DNA from: an uncultured archaeon
GTDB taxonomy: Archaea; Iainarchaeota; Iainarchaeia; Iainarchaeales; 0-14-0-20-30-16
Direction: 5' to 3'
Assembly (NCBI GenBank): GCA_964565725.1
Contig: CAZMGA010000018.1
Span: 2,887 to 11,761, forward strand
Length of the DNA: 8,875 nt
Shown one piece after another: positions 6,779 through 8,875 of the stretch. Each line of letters begins with the position of its first letter. Position 1 is the stretch's first letter. A program made the translations under genes and the position numbers. A model generated the notes under the pieces. That model was not told the origin of the DNA. It searched no databases and worked only from the letters and a program-made list of their open reading frames with translations.

Positions 6779-6829
6779 AATTTATAAACAATGCAAAAAT
6801 TTATATTTAATTCTCTTTTATTTATATTA
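6779..6829. promoter_or_regulatory. 51-bp divergent control region between the ATPase and the pilin-like operon, with a central near-palindromic TATA element equidistant from both ATGs.
   Basis: AAAAATTTATATTT spans 6795-6808. Its TATA core at 6800-6808 is centred at about 6804, which is 26 nt from the ATG at 6830 (plus) and 26 nt from the ATG at 6778 (minus). No SD is present on either side. A second TTTATAAA at 6781-6788 is an alternative. Confidence 0.4.
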
Positions 6830-7369
6830 ATGAATAGATATTTTAATAATAAAGGTCAAGCAGATACTGTTTTTGAAGTTTTAATTGCAGTAATACTATT
6901 AGGTTTTGTTTTAACTATGGGTATTTATGCAATGAATACATTGTCTAATAATAAATGTTCTAAAACTATTGATTTAAAATTAAATGAATTAGTATCAAAT
7001 ATTGAAATATCTGCATCTGGTACATTAGTGTCTAAAGATTTCTTTTTTAGAATGGATAATTGTTTTGGAACTCAATATTCTGTTCAAATGCAAAAACAAA
7101 GTGGAGGTATGTGTAGTTCTTATTGTTTAGGCTCTACAGATTCATGTTATCTTTTGAAATATGAAAATCCCAAAGATAAAGTTTCACAAGTTAGATTTAG
7201 TTGTATTAATATATCTCCATCTTTACAAATAAATCCTACGAGTTGTGGAGAGACTATAGGTAATAATAATAATGTTGATTTTAATAATGGTGAATATAAT
7301 ATTACTAATAGTGCTTTTTCTACAGGTAGTACATTACCATATATTTGTATTAAAAAGGTAGATTCATAA
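6830..7369 (+). CDS. Archaeal type IV pilin-like protein with a class III signal peptide, 179 aa, and a cysteine-rich globular domain.
   Basis: MNRYFNNKG|QADTVFEVLIAVILLGFVLTMGIYAM has a short basic leader, the KG|Q prepilin-peptidase-type site and a hydrophobic helix of about 22 aa. The mature part has 8 Cys. The start at 6830 is preferred over the track's 6791 because class III leaders are short and the TATA spacing fits. Confidence 0.8.
   Translation: MNRYFNNKGQADTVFEVLIAVILLGFVLTMGIYAMNTLSNNKCSKTIDLKLNELVSNIEISASGTLVSKDFFFRMDNCFGTQYSVQMQKQSGGMCSSYCLGSTDSCYLLKYENPKDKVSQVRFSCINISPSLQINPTSCGETIGNNNNVDFNNGEYNITNSAFSTGSTLPYICIKKVDS
6842..6863 (+). repeat. One copy of a 22-nt exact direct repeat (tttaataataaaggtcaagcag). 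The second copy is at 8610-8631.
   Basis: The identical 22-mer encodes FNNKGQA at the processing site of both canonical pilin-like genes. The flanks diverge immediately. Confidence 0.85.
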
Positions 7370-8016
7370 TGATTGATTTTATTTTATCTAAAATGGGTAT
7401 ATTAATGTTCGCAGTTGCTTTTGCAAGCACTTTATTAATATTTTCCGCTTCAATTAAAGAAGTTTTTTTATCTGATGAATCAATTCAAATAAGTAATTTA
7501 GTTGCAAAACAAATAAAATATATGTCCGAATCTGAAAATTTATGCTCTTCTAAAAGAGTTTTATTGCCAAAATATATTGATATATTTGGATTATCTTCAG
7601 GTTCAAATTCAATTTATTACATTATGAATATTAGTAAATTAGAAACTGATGATGGATCTAATTTTGTTGTTTTTAATATGAGAGATAAAAGAAAAAATAA
7701 AATGATTGCATTAGAGAGTTTTAGAACAAACGCAAATGTTTGGTTTTATAATAATGATGCAATAATAGAATCCGATGTAAATATAGATCCCACAGAATAT
7801 AGGGCAATTTATTTATTGAAATATGTTGCTTCCGAAGATAGTATATTAAAAGACAATTTAGTTTTTGTGCCTTGTAAATTTGAACAAGGTAAACCAGATG
7901 GGGGGTATAAAGATTGTTATGATAAATTAGCTAAAATTAAAACTGACCCCGAATACGCTAATAAGTTTTATTGTGTGCCTACATCTGCATCTAATGATGG
8001 TGATGTTGATGAATAA
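7369..8016 (+). CDS. Pilin-operon protein of 215 aa with an N-terminal hydrophobic helix. It may be a minor pilin or an assembly factor, but its processing site is non-canonical.
   Basis: The ATG overlaps the upstream stop (TAATG at 7367-7371). The N-terminus is MIDFILSKMGILMFAVAFASTLLIF, with only a weak K-M-G motif. The rest is soluble with 4 Cys and an acidic C-terminal end. Confidence 0.7.
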   Translation: MIDFILSKMGILMFAVAFASTLLIFSASIKEVFLSDESIQISNLVAKQIKYMSESENLCSSKRVLLPKYIDIFGLSSGSNSIYYIMNISKLETDDGSNFVVFNMRDKRKNKMIALESFRTNANVWFYNNDAIIESDVNIDPTEYRAIYLLKYVASEDSILKDNLVFVPCKFEQGKPDGGYKDCYDKLAKIKTDPEYANKFYCVPTSASNDGDVDE

Positions 8017-8605
8017 AAAAGGTTTTATTGGTTCTATAGGAGATGATTTACCAAGTTTAATTCCTACCTTTTTTGCAATATTAATTTTTTTTACAGGTGT
8101 TGCTTTTGCATTTAACGCTATTAATGATAAAAATGATTATTTAAGTACTTATTTAGATTCTTTAACAATAGCAAAATCAGCATTAGGTGATGGTTCATTT
8201 TCAAGTTATGATGATTTTATAAACACCTCTAAAGATTTAACAGTAATGTCAAATTATATTTTTGGAGTTGTTTATCCTTTGACTACAATAAATTTGGATG
8301 ATATTTTTGAAGATAAAAGAAAATTTTTTATTACTGAATTTGATGAAGGTTTGGCTTTGTATTTTAATGATGGAATATATAAAGGAATAAAAAAATCTAA
8401 TAATCAATTTTCAGATATAAATGATTCTTCTGATTATAATGTTTATTTAGTTACCAGTGAAAATTTAAAACAAGATGTAGATAATGATTTTACTGAAGTG
8501 TTAGAAAATTTAAAAAATAAGGAATTTTTTCAATATGTTTATCCTGTAGAAATTTATACTACTAAAGGATTTTTAACTGCGTATTTAGTTATATTTGTGT
8601 GGTAA
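8009..8605 (+). CDS. Pilin-like protein of 198 aa with a putative class III signal peptide (MNKKG|F...).
   Basis: The ATG at 8009 overlaps the upstream stop (ATGAATAA). A GGTGAT SD at 7998-8003 precedes it. The N-terminus is MNKKGFIGSIGDDLPSLIPTFFAILIFFTGVAFAF, and the protein has no Cys. The track's start at 7973 would add a non-signal-like MCLHLHLMMVML extension overlapping the previous gene by 44 nt. Confidence 0.7.
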   Translation: MNKKGFIGSIGDDLPSLIPTFFAILIFFTGVAFAFNAINDKNDYLSTYLDSLTIAKSALGDGSFSSYDDFINTSKDLTVMSNYIFGVVYPLTTINLDDIFEDKRKFFITEFDEGLALYFNDGIYKGIKKSNNQFSDINDSSDYNVYLVTSENLKQDVDNDFTEVLENLKNKEFFQYVYPVEIYTTKGFLTAYLVIFVW

Positions 8606-8606
8606 T

Positions 8607-8875
8607 ATGTTTAATAATAAAGGTCAAGCAGCATCAACAGATGCATTATTTTTTTTAACAATAGTTTCTGCAATATTTACTCTAATTGTTGGATATTCTT
8701 TAACTTATGGTAATGATATTACTTCCCAAGCCGATAATTTATATAAAAAAATTTATCATCAAACTGCATTAAAATCATTTTATATTGCGGCACAAGGAAG
8801 AGATGGAAATAATTTTTTAGATGCAAATATTTCTGATTCTATAGCTACAATGTTAAAAGAAGATTATGGTTTAAA
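8607..8875 (+). CDS. Archaeal type IV pilin-like protein with a class III signal peptide, 3'-truncated by the window edge. It is not in the supplied ORF track.
   Basis: The ATG at 8607 lies 1 nt after the upstream stop. My translation is MFNNKG|QAASTDALFFLTIVSAIFTLIVGYSLTYGNDITSQADNLYKKIYHQTALKSFYIAAQGRDGNNFLDANISDSIATMLKEDYGL..., which stays open to the window end. It carries the same FNNKGQA motif as the gene at 6830. Confidence 0.75.
   Translation, partial: MFNNKGQAASTDALFFLTIVSAIFTLIVGYSLTYGNDITSQADNLYKKIYHQTALKSFYIAAQGRDGNNFLDANISDSIATMLKEDYGL

Noticed and set aside
6791-6829. 13-codon 5' extension of the first pilin gene (track start at 6791).
   Set aside because: Class III signal peptides have short basic leaders. 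The extension adds a hydrophobic stretch before the KG|Q site and removes the promoter space. The ATG at 6830 sits 26 nt from a TATA-like box. This is not fully excluded.
7973-8008. 12-codon 5' extension of the third pilin-operon gene (track start at 7973, MCLHLHLMMVML).
   Set aside because: It overlaps the preceding gene by 44 nt, and the added residues are not signal-like. The ATG at 8009 has a GGTGAT SD and yields the MNKKG leader.
6830-8875. Reading the small proteins as bacterial type IV pilins or pseudopilins (a bacterial CPR origin).
   Set aside because: They lack the bacterial G|F-T-L-x-E motif with Glu+5. KG|QA followed by a hydrophobic helix is the archaeal class III pattern, and the promoter architecture looks archaeal. 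The lipobox protein at 943-1203 is the only bacterial-looking feature.
1-8875. Mobile element, integrated plasmid or virus, CRISPR array, tRNA/rRNA or other structured RNA.
   Set aside because: There is no integrase, transposase or relaxase-like ORF, no terminal inverted or long direct repeats, and no regularly spaced repeat array. No GC-rich island of tRNA or rRNA size stands out against the AT-rich background. A HerA/VirB4-like ATPase could still belong to an integrated conjugative element whose borders lie outside the window.

Overview
This is a very AT-rich, gene-dense window with 9 credible protein genes. I see no tRNA or rRNA, no CRISPR array and no recognisable mobile element. All family calls come from motif reading by eye; no homology search was run.

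Three signals point to an archaeon with a small AT-rich genome; DPANN-like is a guess.
- Two proteins carry archaeal class III (prepilin-type) signal peptides, 'FNNKG|QA' followed by a hydrophobic helix.
- TATA-like boxes are centred about 26 nt upstream of the ATGs of first-in-operon genes, which suggests leaderless mRNAs.
- Shine-Dalgarno motifs (GGAGGG, GGTGA) occur only before led or internal genes.

Contents, left to right:
1. The 3' part of a class-A dnaJ. It has four CxxCxGxG zinc-finger motifs, and its linker is a Y/Q/N-rich tandem repeat.
2. A minus-strand cell-surface module: a membrane-anchored winged-helix protein, then a secreted helical protein, then a small acidic lipobox protein.
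3. A divergently transcribed 396-aa sequon-rich surface protein with a C-terminal anchor.
4. The most interesting part: an 831-aa HerA/FtsK-superfamily (DUF87-like) P-loop ATPase. It has an acidic N-terminal tail and a C-terminal extension of about 310 aa that contains a winged helix. It is transcribed divergently, across only 51 bp, from a tightly coupled operon of at least four small proteins with pilin-like N-terminal helices.

No PilB/FlaI-type ATPase, PilC/FlaJ platform protein or prepilin peptidase is in the window. My working hypothesis is a non-canonical pilin-based surface or DNA-translocation apparatus built around a HerA-type motor. This is inference only, and the locus runs off the right edge of the window.
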